A program made the translations under genes and the position numbers. A DNA stretch of 63,413 nucleotides, filler included, from Octopus bimaculoides (lineage: Eukaryota): assembly GCF_001194135.2 (NCBI RefSeq). It is 6 parts of 6 records of this genome, joined end to end, with 100 filler letters (N's around TTAATTAATTAA, not from the genome) between each part and the next. Parts side by side here need not be neighbours in the genome. Positions count along the whole stretch, not along the records: positions 15,103 to 43,185 come from NC_069001.1; positions 43,286 to 49,953 come from NC_068984.1; 4 more parts are not named here. The stretch is one strand, 5' to 3'. Position 1 is the stretch's first letter. Each line of letters opens with the position of its first letter. Below, in pieces: positions 36,436-49,170 of this stretch. Below the pieces are notes generated by a model. It was not told where the DNA came from and did not search any database. It saw only the letters and a list, made by a program, of their open reading frames with translations.

Positions 36436-37939
36436 TGCAAATTAATACACACTCATACGTACATATTTTTATGCGCGGATGCGCGTATCTATATATATTT
36501 ACTTTGTCTCTTCGACTTCGCTCCTGGTGCTATATGAACATTTATTGTGGTTTAGAGTATTATATATCTATAATAAGGCAGTGGTTATATAATGTTAAAT
36601 TAGCATCACAGTAATGTGAGAACATAGTAACATCGGTTGGATATTTTAAAATAGTGAACAAAATATAGAACCAGAGACAGATTCTCAATTGTATTCTTGT
36701 GTCTAAAGTTTAGATTAAAAAATTAATTTAGGGTTTTAATGGTAATTTCTTGGTTGGTCATGCTTGGGAATCTACCCAGAAAGTGTAATGATAAAATCCT
36801 ATGGAAGGGATATCTGTGAACTCTAACCCAACAACTTTCCCAAGAAAATTGGGCGAAGAAATCTGATGGATTAATACATGGTAATTACTTGGTATTTATA
36901 TTTAAATTAAATTTTAAATTATTTAAAATACAGTAATAATTTATATTTAAATTTACATTTATAATGTCATTTACATTTTTTTCCTTCTTGATTTCTGGTC
37001 TTTTATTTCGTCTTCTGCCTACGGCTACCTCAACTCCGTTTCCGCTACATTTCATTAATCTGACATTCGATGACCTCACACGAAGCTATCAAAGAACTGT
37101 CAACCTACGAGAGTTTTTCACCCTGTGGAATTGTTTTAAGTGTGTATAAGAGAAAGAGGAGAGAGAGAGAGAAGACGATGACCGTTGACTGGGGAAAATA
37201 CAGAGAAAGAGGAAAGGAGAGAGAGAAATATGGCTTCACGTACATATGATATTAGTCTTAGAAGAACCAATTTGAACAGTAAAGAGCAATAGGGTAACTA
37301 CACACACACACATATATATATATATACATGTGTGTGTGTACTAATATACATATAATAATTATACACGCACTCACGCCCACCTACACGCTAAATAACAGCA
37401 AGCTCCAGAGTTTGAGCGAATATTAAAGAATAAACAAATAAAATTCAGCTTGGTGCGATATTCCTGACATTTGTCAGAAGACATTGGAAGTGACAGCAAC
37501 TGTACAGAAGAATCAACCAACACACGCACGAAGGTCATGGAGTCGGTTTGGCGAGGCTTTTCTCTAGCACCAACAACGAAGACTTTCTGATAATGCTAAA
37601 GAGAAGAAGGTGGCGGGAGAGGGCTGTAGTAGATTAGAAGAATCTTCAGAGCAGTCAAATGAATATTCCAAATAGTATTTCGTTCCGTATTTTTACATCG
37701 GGGTTCAAATTTTACTGAAATCAGCCTCACCTTTCTTTCTTCTTCATCAACCCAGAACATGACTGCCTCGAGTCCAACGACTACTAAGGCCGGTTACTCC
37801 CTTTCCATGGCATATAAGAGACCGAGAGCCAATAACCTCCGTTGAAGAGAATGGCAGTCCATCGCAGGATCACAGCTGAGTGGAAAGGTGCAACGTGTAA
37901 AGTAATGTTTTGTGTGGACCAGGAATCGAAACCACGATT

Positions 37940-38270
37940 TTGCGATCGTGAGTGCAACGTGCATCTACAATTCCACGGCCCTCTCCATTCTCCTCTACGG
38001 AGCAGAAACGTAGCCCCTCTCGAAAACCCTGGCAAAGAGGATCGATAGCTTCGACAGCAGAGCACTGAGAACCATCGAAAATATCAGATGATGCTATCAC
38101 GCTTCCAACAAAGAACTACGTGTACACACGCATCAGCCCGCAGCATCCTACCTCTATCCCATAGCTATCCATCGCATCCGCCGGTACGGACATGTCCTCC
38201 GCCTTCCGCTAGATCATCCTACCAGGGCTTTACTCTTATTCGACGCAGAAGCTGCGGGGTCAGCGATGGA
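37940..38270 (+). mobile_element. RTE-clade LINE fragment (RT C-terminal region)
   Basis: IYNSTALSILLYGAET*PLSKTLAKRIDSFDSRALRTI...NKELR...RIRRYGHVLRLP..HP. Confidence 0.85.
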
Positions 38271-38789
38271 GAGCACTGATGGAGCTAGTCGGCTCTGCGT
38301 ATGATGACGTCTCTCTGACCACTTACCGGGGATGACTCCAATCTCACCAAATAAAAGCATGAAGCAAACGAACAAACAGAGTGCAACACACTAACCACAA
38401 GGCCATCCGCCTTCACTCTTCTTCCTTCTGGACTTCGATAAAAAAATAAGAAAGAACGATAACAACACCAGTGGCAATAATAAGAATTTGCTATAAAGAC
38501 AAAATATCTAAAAGGGTAACAATGTAATCGCTTTCTCCATTATATCACTGGTACTAATTTCATCGACGTCCAGATTGAGGGAAGATACCGTGTAATTAAA
38601 TACTGTAAAACAGTGATTCTTAAACCCATGTTAATTTTGTGTCATAAGAAACATGTTATTTAAGCATGTTATTTATAACTTTGTTATACACAAATTTAAT
38701 TAAATAGAATAGAAGATAAACAATAGTTTTCTTCTTTTTTCCAGCTTTAAAACATTTTAAACGCTTACCGTGAGAGCTGAGCTAATGAT

Positions 38790-39950
38790 GTTTTACTTTC
38801 AGCGCAGCCTCTCATCAGATTGCACCATTGCTACGTGTATTGACGGAGATCGTTCTATCTCTTGTTCGGTTTGTCCGCTATACTCTCTTCCTTCTATATG
38901 TCAATGACTTACTTGTCTCCTCATCCAATGATACCCACTCTTATGCAGGAGACACTGACCTTCATTTCCCCACCCCTGAATTTTCCTACCATGCTTTATC
39001 AATCTGCAACTACCCATCAAACCTACATTGATTTCAAAAGCCTCCTACAATTAAGAGATAGCAATCTCGCCGCTTTAAAAAAAAAAGAAAACATAAACGC
39101 TACTCATATTGGTTTTAAATTATGACACAAGGCCAGCAATTTCAGGTGAGGGATAAATCGATTACATCGACCCCAATGCTCAACTGGTACTTATTTTATC
39201 TACCCCGAAAGGATAAAAGGCAAAGTCGAACCCGGCGGATTTTGAACTCAAAAAGTAAGAGCAGACGAAATGCCTCTAAGCGTTTTGGCCGGGGTGCTAA
39301 CGATTCTCTCAGCTCGCCGCCTTCTAGCCGTTACTCATATAAAAGAAACCCCAACTCAATCACGAGCAGTATTTAACTAGAGCCTCCCTCAAATATCTTC
39401 CCAATTATTGGGCTTCACCGTTACAAAAGATGTCTCCTATTAGAGAGAACTCGCCCTTCTGTTCAGAGCCAGAAGTTATTTCAACCCCTAACAATTATTG
39501 ATAATGAAATGAGATCTAAAATGGAGTATTGCTCCTCACATCTGGGACGGTGTTTCTGTTGCATGCCTACATTCTGGACCTTGAGAAGGGCCACTCAACT
39601 AACTGACAGAGGGTCAGTTACAAATACACTCTAGTATTTTACCCACAGGTGTACTTCTGTCTCCTCTCCACTCTACTGTTTCTACGGCTATTATAATGTT
39701 TTCTACTCCTTAGAGCTGGCTGGCTTCATTTCACCTCCATTGGATAATTCATACCACATTCGACATCTTCTTCTCCCACCATCCTTGTTATGTCTCTCTT
39801 CACCCCGAGGCCTGCAGGGAAATAGACAAATCACTAGAGCCAATCGTTCCCCTAAGAATTCCTTCTTCTGGGTTTTCTTCCTGTAAGTATTCAAATACGA
39901 AGTCTCAAAACAAACTCTAATGGCATCAACCTCACTCATCTCGGAAGGTC
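38790..39950 (+). mobile_element. CR1/Jockey-group LINE 3' part, interrupted by a family A SINE
   Basis: TLFLLYVNDLL......SYAGDT (RT YADD region), RSKMEYCSHIW, and SLFYGYY...LELA.....P, with frameshifts. Confidence 0.7.
39110..39325 (-). mobile_element. Family A SINE (near full length)
   Basis: ctcaactggtacttattttatctaccccgaaaggataaaaggcaaagtcgaacccggcggattttgaactc...gctaacgattctctcagctcgccgcc. Confidence 0.88.
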
Positions 39951-41108
39951 AGCAAAGGCCATGGACGCTTCCTCTTTCCCAGACTCAGCAAGGAGAAAAA
40001 AGTTTTAAATTGTGCTACAAAACCCCAAAGATCAGTATCATAATTGTAAGGTATAACACAATATTTTCCCATATTGGTCCAGAACTTAAGATTTTAGAGG
40101 TGGGGGTGTCGTCAATTGACCGCGGGATTACCTGTTCCTGAATTAACTTGTCAGAGAATACCTTTAACATAATTCTTAGGCAAAATGCGTGAAAAGCTAT
40201 ACCGTTTGAAACACAGTCGCCTACCTTATCTTCACTTGGATCTAGATTAGATCCTGAACTCCTCTCATTACCGTGTCTCATGTTCAAATGAAGACTATAA
40301 ATCACAGTGGTTTACAGAAACAGATGTTTAAACAACGACGAAGGTATGGATATCCTTGGTAAAACACCCCCAGCTTTCCCAAGACCCAAATTGTTTAGCA
40401 GCAGGGAAAGAATTCTATCACTGCATCCAGCTGGCTACAAAAACATCTCAATTTCCAAACCGTCTCGACATTTGTCGGTTCCTTATGTCTCAATTGTCTC
40501 TCTTTATTTAATAAGTTTATATCTCCCTTTTTTTAAATGCCTGCCATAGCGAAGAACTCCCTTACCTTGTAACATTCTTATCAGGTTTTCTTTTGTTTTA
40601 TAAATTCTTACCCTAGTTTTCAGAACTTTGATGTGCATTGCTTTACTTTTGTCGCTTTTTCACAACATTTCTTCGTCTGTACCGTGCCATTTATTAAGCA
40701 TTCTTCTTATAAACTAGTTAATCACCCAATAAACCCTTTATCGCATCACAAAATCCAAAAGGGTCACTGGTAATTATTTTCAGTCGCAATAGTGTATAGA
40801 GGTTTAAATGGAATACATATTCTCAGAAGTGCAAACACACACACGCGCACGGGCATCCACGCAGGAACATACACTCATGCACACACATACACAGGAATAC
40901 ACGGAAACTTAATGGATCTCCGTCAGACTCAACAACGAGTTATTCAGTTGCTCAGTAAAATGAATAACTCACTGTAAATTACTGAGTGTTCCACAAACAA
41001 AGCTACCCATACTGAATTTTCCATATACATACGGGTACTCTTACTGAGTATTCCATACAAATACAAGAGTACCCTGAGCAATAATTAAAATAATAATAGA
41101 CCACTTAC

Positions 41109-41225
41109 CGAGTAATAATTTCGCAGTTGAACTTAAGGAAACGACCCATGCTGTATCAACGGCACTGCGACCAAATTCTTCGACCAATTTTAAGTAAATT
41201 ATTCCATTGGAACGTTCTAAACCAC
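41109..41225 (-). CDS. SLC16: Monocarboxylate transporter (SLC16/MCT family) coding exon, 117 nt, phase 1-1
   Basis: Acceptor tgaatgtcttttcag|GT, donor CTCG|gtaagt. It encodes GLERSNGIIYLKLVEEFGRSAVDTAWVVSLSSTAKLLL(G) (MCT TM1 end-loop-TM2, ...F.......AW..S). Its terminal G plus GT CCA of the 19130 exon gives the conserved GP. Confidence 0.9.
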
Positions 41226-41652
41226 CTGAAAAGACATTCAAGATAAGCATTAGGGTTCTTCTGGAGGGGGTGGCATTTTAAGATTTATTTCTTAATAAAC
41301 ATTGTTTGAAAACAAACGAGTGTGTGTCTCTGTGTCAGTCTGTGTGTTTCTACGTAAAATCATGCATACAAACAAACGACACGCACATATATATATAAAT
41401 AATATAAAAATATGCGATACCCACATACAATACTTGGAGTTTCTCGGCAAGCCATAGGTATGGAGTTAGTCGTTTTCCAATCAGTAACCAACACACGTGC
41501 CACCGTTCTTCAATTTATTGGGAAACCGTCGCTCGTGCATTGATTGCAGATCGGTAATCAGATAACTTCGTACATGTGGCTGGCCGGAAAACTCTTAGTA
41601 TTGTGTGTTTTCCATATCTGTATTGTGTATTAAGTTTATTCCTCTATTTCAA

Positions 41653-41697
<45 letters not shown>

Positions 41698-42808
41698 NNN
41701 NNNNNNNNNNNNNNNNNNNNNNNNNNNNNNNNNNNNNNNNNNNNNNNNNNNNNNNNNNNNNNNNNNNNNNNNNNNNNNNNNNNNNNNNNNNNNNNNNNNN
41801 NNNNNNNNNNNNNNNNNNNNNNNNNNNNNNNNNNNNNNNNNNNNNNNNNNNNNNNNNNNNNNNNNNNNNNNNNNNNNNNNNNNNNNNNNNNNNNNNNNNN
41901 NNNNNNNNNNNNNNNNNNNNNNNNNNNNNNNNNNNNNNNNNNNNNNNNNNNNNNNNNNNNNNNNNNNNNNNNNNNNNNNNNNNNNNNNNNNNNNNNNNNN
42001 NNNNNNNNNNNNNNNNNNNNNNNNNNNNNNNNNNNNNNNNNNNNNNNNNNNNNNNNNNNNNNNNNNNNNNNNNNNNNNNNNNNNNNNNNNNNNNNNNNNN
42101 NNNNNNNNNNNNNNNNNNNNNNNNNNNNNNNNNNNNNNNNNNNNNNNNNNNNNNNNNNNNNNNNNNNNNNNNNNNNNNNNNNNNNNNNNNNNNNNNNNNN
42201 NNNNNNNNNNNNNNNNNNNNNNNNNNNNNNNNNNNNNNNNNNNNNNNNNNNNNNNNNNNNNNNNNNNNNNNNNNNNNNNNNNNNNNNNNNNNNNNNNNNN
42301 NNNNNNNNNNNNNNNNNNNNNNNNNNNNNNNNNNNNNNNNNNNNNNNNNNNNNNNNNNNNNNNNNNNNNNNNNNNNNNNNNNNNNNNNNNNNNNNNNNNN
42401 NNNNNNNNNNNATATAATTAGACATGTGGGTGCATATTTTTCTGTGTATAATCTCCTCTATTTGAAGCCTAACGTTATTGCTTGTGTTCCTTACGACATA
42501 AGGGTGGAACCTAATTTATTCAATGATTTATCTACTTATTATTTTTATTTAAGACCTATAATTAAGACCCTTATAAACGTAATCTTTCCAACAGTCCGCT
42601 CTCTCATTAATCATGGGCGTTGTTCCTTCATCTGCAGCCCAACCTGTTTTGTGCCATCTTACAAACCTCCGGCCCTTCCCACTCTTACCAAAACATGTGT
42701 TGAGTTTTGATTTAAACTTTCCTTCATTTCTTTACTCCAGTCCTCCCCATTTCTTTCATTCTCTGTCTGTCTATCCGTCTATATCTGCCTGTCTCTCTAT
42801 CCGTCCCC

Positions 42809-42848
<40 letters not shown>

Positions 42849-43285
42849 TTATCTATTTATCTATCTATGTTTATCTACCTATATAGCGATCTATCTTTCT
42901 CTTTACCTAACACTTTTCTGCTTTCCTCCGTATTCTTTATCTATATTTCGGTCATTGCTTTTCGTCTTTCTCTTTTCCGCACATTTTCTTTCTTCTTCCA
43001 TTATCTTCTTTTCTGTTGTTTAAATTACTCTCTTTTCTCCTCCTCCAATCTCTTTTATTATTTTCCTCGTTCTTTCATATATATTATTTCATTAGATTCC
43101 TCTTTATTTGTCTTACTTTGCGACAGAAAACCAAAACTAACGTTTCATTAATCTTAAAGTTAATTCTCTCTCTATCTGTGTCTCTNNNNNNNNNNNNNNN
43201 NNNNNNNNNNNNNNNNNNNNNNNNNNNNNTTAATTAATTAANNNNNNNNNNNNNNNNNNNNNNNNNNNNNNNNNNNNNNNNNNNN

Positions 43286-43852
43286 ATCCCTCGGGGTCAG
43301 ACATACCATTTCAATTCCGCAGATCGCAGTTCCCGGTGAGACCATGCTTTGCCATGTCCATCAACAAATCCCAAGGCCAAACACTATCGGTGGCAGGCAT
43401 CCATTTGGGGGGAGCAAAGCTTTTCACATGGGCAACTTTATGTGGCCTGCTCCCGTGTGGGTAGTAGAAACGCTCTTTTTGTGAATGCTCCTCAGAGCAG
43501 AACACGCAATGTTGTCTATAGCGAAGTTTTATAGACAAGTTGTCATTGCAGCCGATGTGGTTATAAACAGTGATCCGGAAGAACTGGCCAGACATATTCT
43601 CAAACCATGGCAACATGACTTATGGACTCTTCCACTTTTTTATTGGACAATGCTGACTTCTCCAACAACAATGCTCACTCGGCTGATATCAGTGATTGGC
43701 TAAGTTGCTCATAAAGTTAACCTAGAGGGACAGGCCCCTTATTTTTTGGTTAAGGCTGTGGTAAGTTTCCCTAAGCTGCTCCAATCCAGATCCCCAATGC
43801 AACACTTCATAATCCTAGCTTAATCCCGGGCAACGCCGGGCTATACTGCTAG
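43286..43852 (+). mobile_element. Helitron 3' end encoding PIF1-type helicase C-terminus
   Basis: PSGSDIPFQFRRSQFPVRPCFAMSINKSQGQTL...(frameshift in G-run)...FSHGQLYVACSRV...TRNVVYSEVL*. The terminal hairpin is CCCGGGCAACGCCGGG, followed by CTAG|T at 43849-43853. Confidence 0.93.
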
Positions 43853-43967
43853 TACAAACTATATTCAAATATGAGAGGAAAGTTACTAAGTGGTTTTTTT
43901 ACGCATGCTGGTCACTGGTATAAATTGTTATTTTTTGATAATAATTTTTACCCTCAATACTTATATA

Positions 43968-44355
43968 GGCGTAGGAGTGGCTTTGTAGTAAGTAGTGTGC
44001 TTACCAATCACATGGTTCCGGCTTCAGTCCGACTGGTTGCACCTTGGGCAAGTGTCTTCTACTATAGCCTCGGGCCGACCAAAGACTTGTGAATGGATTT
44101 GGTAGACGGAAACTGAAAGAAGCCCGTCGTATATATGTAGGTATATATGTATGTTTGTGTGTCTGTGTTTATCCCCCCAATATCGCTTGTCAACCGATGC
44201 TGGTGTGTTTACGTCCTCGTAACCTAGCGGTTCGGTAAAAGATACCGATAGAATAAGTACTAGGTTTACAAAGAATAAGTCCAGAGGTTGATTTGCTCGG
44301 TTAAAGGCAATGCTCCAGTATGGCCGCACTCAAATGACTGAAACAAGTAAAAGAA
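43968..44355 (+). mobile_element. Full-length family B SINE
   Basis: ggcgtaggagtggctttgtagtaag...ccttgggcaagtgtctt...gactgaaacaagtaaaaga. Confidence 0.9.
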
Positions 44356-47300
44356 TTATATATATATATATNNNNNNNNNNNNNNNNNNNNNNNNNNNNN
44401 NNNNNNNNNNNNNNNNNNNNNNNNNNNNNNNNNNNNNNNNNNNNNNNNNNNNNNNNNNNNNNNNNNNNNNNNNNNNNNNNNNNNNNNNNNNNNNNNNNNN
44501 NNNNNNNNNNNNNNNNNNNNNNNNNNNNNNNNNNNNNNNNNNNNNNNNNNNNNNNNNNNNNNNNNNNNNNNNNNNNNNNNNNNNNNNNNNNNNNNNNNNN
44601 NNNNNNNNNNNNNNNNNNNNNNNNNNNNNNNNNNNNNNNNNNNNNNNNNNNNNNNNNNNNNNNNNNNNNNNNNNNNNNNNNNNNNNNNNNNNNNNNNNNN
44701 NNNNNNNNNNNNNNNNNNNNNNNNNNNNNNNNNNNNNNNNNNNNNNNNNNNNNNNNNNNNNNNNNNNNNNNNNNNNNNNNNNNNNNNNNNNNNNNNNNNN
44801 NNNNNNNNNNNNNNNNNNNNNNNNNNNNNNNNNNNNNNNNNNNNNNNNNNNNNNNNNNNNNNNNNNNNNNNNNNNNNNNNNNNNNNNNNNNNNNNNNNNN
44901 NNNNNNNNNNNNNNNNNNNNNNNNNNNNNNNNNNNNNNNNNNNNNNNNNNNNNNNNNNNNNNNNNNNNNNNNNNNNNNNNNNNNNNNNNNNNNNNNNNNN
45001 NNNNNNNNNNNNNNNNNNNNNNNNNNNNNNNNNNNNNNNNNNNNNNNNNNNNNNNNNNNNNNNNNNNNNNNNNNNNNNNNNNNNNNNNNNNNNNNNNNNN
45101 NNNNNNNNNNNNNNNNNNNNNNNNNNNNNNNNNNNNNNNNNNNNNNNNNNNNNNNNNNNNNNNNNNNNNNNNNNNNNNNNNNNNNNNNNNNNNNNNNNNN
45201 NNNNNNNNNNNNNNNNNNNNNNNNNNNNNNNNNNNNNNNNNNNNNNNNNNNNNNNNNNNNNNNNNNNNNNNNNNNNNNNNNNNNNNNNNNNNNNNNNNNN
45301 NNNNNNNNNNNNNNNNNNNNNNNNNNNNNNNNNNNNNNNNNNNTATATGTATACATGTATATATAAATATATGTGTGTGCGTGCGTGCGTGTGCGTGCGT
45401 GCGTGTGCGTGCGTGTGTGTGTGTGTGTATGTGTGTGTGTATGTGTGTATTTGGTGACATTTAGGAGGAGATTCAGAGACACAATAGTGAAAACAAATAA
45501 TACATGGAATCTATGTTGCTTACATTGCAACGGCACCGATAACGACGTCAATGAAAAGAAAGAAGAATAATGTTATCTAACAACAGCAACAACAACAACA
45601 ACAACAACAGCAGCAGTAGTCGCAGCAGCAACCACAACGCCTACAGCAATCAACTTTTTTCCNNNNNNNNNNNNNNNNNNNNNNNNNNNNNNNNNNNNNN
45701 NNNNNNNNNNNNNNNNNNNNNNNNNNNNNNNNNNNNNNNNNNNNNNNNNNNNNNNNNNNNNNNNNNNNNNNNNNNNNNNNNNNNNNNNNNNNNNNNNNNN
45801 NNNNNNNNNNNNNNNNNNNNNNNNNNNNNNNNNNNNNNNNNNNNNNNNNNNNNNNNNNNNNNNNNNNNNNNNNNNNNNNNNNNNNNNNNNNNNNNNNNNN
45901 NNNNNNNNNNNNNNNNNNNNNNNNNNNNNNNNNNNNNNNNNNNNNNNNNNNNNNNNNNNNNNNNNNNNNNNNNNNNNNNNNNNNNNNNNNNNNNNNNNNN
46001 NNNNNNNNNNNNNNNNNNNNNNNNNNNNNNNNNNNNNNNNNNNNNNNNNNNNNNNNNNNNNNNNNNNNNNNNNNNNNNNNNNNNNNNNNNNNNNNNNNNN
46101 NNNNNNNNNNNNNNNNNNNNNNNNNNNNNNNNNNNNNNNNNNNNNNNNNNNNNNNNNNNNNNNNNNNNNNNNNNNNNNNNNNNNNNNNNNNNNNNNNNNN
46201 NNNNNNNNNNNNNNNNNNNNNNNNNNNNNNNNNNNNNNNNNNNNNNNNNNNNNNNNNNNNNNNNNNNNNNNNNNNNNNNNNNNNNNNNNNNNNNNNNNNN
46301 NNNNNNNNNNNNNNNNNNNNNNNNNNNNNNNNNNNNNNNNNNNNNNNNNNNNNNNNNNNNNNNNNNNNNNNNNNNNNNNNNNNNNNNNNNNNNNNNNNNN
46401 NNNNNNNNNNNNNNNNNNNNNNNNNNNNNNNNNNNNNNNNNNNNNNNNNNNNNNNNNNNNNNNNNNNNNNNNNNNNNNNNNNNNNNNNNNNNNNNNNNNN
46501 NNNNNNNNNNNNNNNNNNNNNNNNNNNNNNNNNNNNNNNNNNNNNNNNNNNNNNNNNNNNNNNNNNNNNNNNAGAAGACAAGAATAATGTGAAGAAAGAT
46601 CAGGTAAGAAAGAATGAAAAAGAAAAGAACAAAGGAAAACTATGGGAAAAAGAAAGAAAGAAAGAAAGAAGGAAGGAAAGAAAGAGAGGAAGAAAGAAAG
46701 GGAGAATAAATGAAAGAAAGAAGTAGATGAAGAAAAAGTGACAAGGAAGGGAAGGTATAGGTTTAGAAGATGAAGAGAAGGAAAAGAAAGCAGAGGATGA
46801 AGAATTCGAAGTAAAATGTCACATATTTCCAAGTGACTAACTCAAGAGTACTCTTCTAGGTACTTCTTGGTTATCTCACCCCCATTAAAATATTGAATTA
46901 TCTCCTCTCTAAAAAATTGAGTCTATATGGTGACAAGAGATTGGATTAAAAGAGTTAGATTCTTTTGATTTAATACCTCAACATGTTGTTGACATTTGAC
47001 CTCCTCAATAGGCATGGTACGATTTGTTATAAAAATGTTATCAAATTCAATTCGATGTGTAGTGGAAATATAAATTTAGTACCAGGTGTTGATGTGGCTG
47101 CGTGTATATTATTACATGAGTTCATATAGAGATGAAGAATAAATTTAAGAACTATATATTTACTATATAAAAATATACTTTATTTACTGGTCGATGATGA
47201 TACTTAATCAAAATTTAAAATCTAGTTAAATGAAGTAATCTATGCAAGAAAGTTCAGAGATAGGAAATATAGATATAACAGCTAAGTGGTGGCTTTCAGT

Positions 47301-47699
47301 TATGTGGCGTGGACAAATAGTCGGACATAGCAATGACGTGAACGGCTCTAAATCTAATCAACTGGGAAGTTAAGAGCAGGGTTAGCAAACTGTTTTTATT
47401 AATGGAACGCTAGACATTCTAGAAATGTCTAAGAGTAGCGCTAAGCTTCTTGAATAATTAAGAATCACGTCTCATGACACAGATGCTTCGAGAAACTTAG
47501 GAAGGGAGGTTACTTTATAATCTTTCTTGCAAGGGAGATTATTCAACTATCTAGCTACTGTTGCAGACGTTTAATTTTTTCAGTTTTCCTGTTTATTCAT
47601 TTTTTTTTTTTCAGTTTTGTATGATTTGTAATAAAAATATTATGAGATCAGTATGATGTTGTTTCATCTCTTTCCTTTTCATGTATACTAAAATAAAAT

Positions 47700-48095
47700 A
47701 AAGCACCAGTCAAGTACGAGGGACGATGTAATCGACTTTTCTTTCTAAATTACTGCCTTCATCCTTCAGGGATCAATAAAATGTGTACCAGTTGAGTCCT
47801 GGTCAGATGTTATCGACTTGGCCCTACCCGCTATGTTGCTGGCCTTGTGCCAAAATTTGAAATAAATATTTTCGTTTCTTTTACAAATTACACATTAAAT
47901 CATTATTAAGAGTGTCAACCATTTACGAACTAAATGTTTGGCGGCGTTTCTTCCGGTTTTACGTTCTGAGTTCAAATTTCACCAAGGTCTGCTTTGACTT
48001 TCATCCTTTCGAAATCAATAAAATAAGTAGCAGTGGTTCACTGAGGTCGATGTAATTGACCAATGACCTCCCACCAAAATTCAGATCTTGTACCT
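47700..48095 (+). mobile_element. Two family A SINE fragments
   Basis: ttcatccttcagggatcaataaaatgtgtaccag...gccttgtgccaaaatttgaaa, and gttctgagttcaaatttcaccaagg...tcatcctttcgaaatcaataaaataagta. Confidence 0.8.
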
Positions 48096-48721
48096 AAGTA
48101 GAAAGAAAGGAAAAATGTCTACCACATATATTTTACACCTCTTCTATTTTACTTTTGCAGTTTTTCCTTCCCGCTCTTTTCTGGTATTTTTTTTTTCAAT
48201 GTACATTTTTGTTACTATGAAAAGCAGTTATTCTTCTTCGTTTCATTCAATTTTTGAAAAATCTTTTTCTTTTTCCTCCTCCTTTTTTTAGATTTACTTT
48301 CTTTTTTCCTGCTTTTTTCACTTTTTTTCTTTCATAGTTTCTTTCTCTTTTTCTTTTCTTCTTTCCTTTATTCTTCCTTTCTCTGTCTTTATCCTTTTCC
48401 TGACTTTCTTTTCCGTTTCTTTCTTCTTTTCATTTCTCTATTTCCATTCATTTATCTCTATTTCTGTCTTCGTTTGTTTGTTTGTTTGTTTCTTTCTTTC
48501 TGTCTTGTTTACTTTGTTTCTTTGTTTATTTCTTACTTTACGCGCTTTTTCACTTTATTTCCTTTCTTCTTTCTTCGTTTTTTTTCTTTCTCCCTTTTCA
48601 CATTCTTTCGTCATTTCTTTCTTTCTTTTTTTCTTTCTTTCTTTCTTTCTTTCTTTCTCTTATTTTCAGTCGTCTTTTTTTTTTCACGACTTTCATTCAT
48701 ACTTCAATATTGTCTTTAAGC

Positions 48722-49170
48722 GAGGCGGTGAGCTGGCAGAAACGTTAGCACGCCAGGCGGAATGCTTAGCGGTGTTTCGTCTACCGCTATGTTCTGAGTT
48801 CAAATTCCACCGAGGTCAACTTTGCCTTTCATCCTTTCGGGGTCGATTAAATAAGTACCAGTTACGCACTGGGATCGATGCAATCGACTTTACCATTTTG
48901 TTTGTCCTTGTTTGTCCCCTCTATGTCAAGCCTCTTGTGGGCAATAAAGAAATGAGAAACGTTAGCATGCCGGGCGAAATGCTTAGCGGTATTTCGTCTG
49001 CCGTTACGTTCTGAGTTAAAATTCCGCCGAGGTCGACTTTGCCTTTCATCCTTTCGGGGTCGATAAATTAAGTACCAGCTACGCACTGGGGTCGATGTAA
49101 GTGACTTAATCCCTTTGTCCGTCCTTGTTTGTCCCTTCTATGCTTAGCCCCTTGTGGGCAATAAATAATT
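48722..49170 (+). mobile_element. Head-to-tail dimer of family A SINE (well-preserved copies)
   Basis: Unit 1 starts gaggcggtgagctggcagaaacgttagc. The junction is gggcaataaagaaatg|agaaacgttagcatgccgggcg. Both units carry gcctttcatcctttcggggtcgat.aa.taagtaccag. Confidence 0.92.

Noticed and set aside
38770-38820. CTGATGA...GAAA on the minus strand
   Set aside because: There is no stem II pairing and no GUH site. Similar failures occur at 17948, 54268 and 54470.
41226-41250. In-frame ATG (MLILNVFS) as start codon of the transporter
   Set aside because: It would omit the conserved N-terminal GGWGW/TM1 region, and a strong ttttcag acceptor lies at 41226. An upstream exon is more likely.
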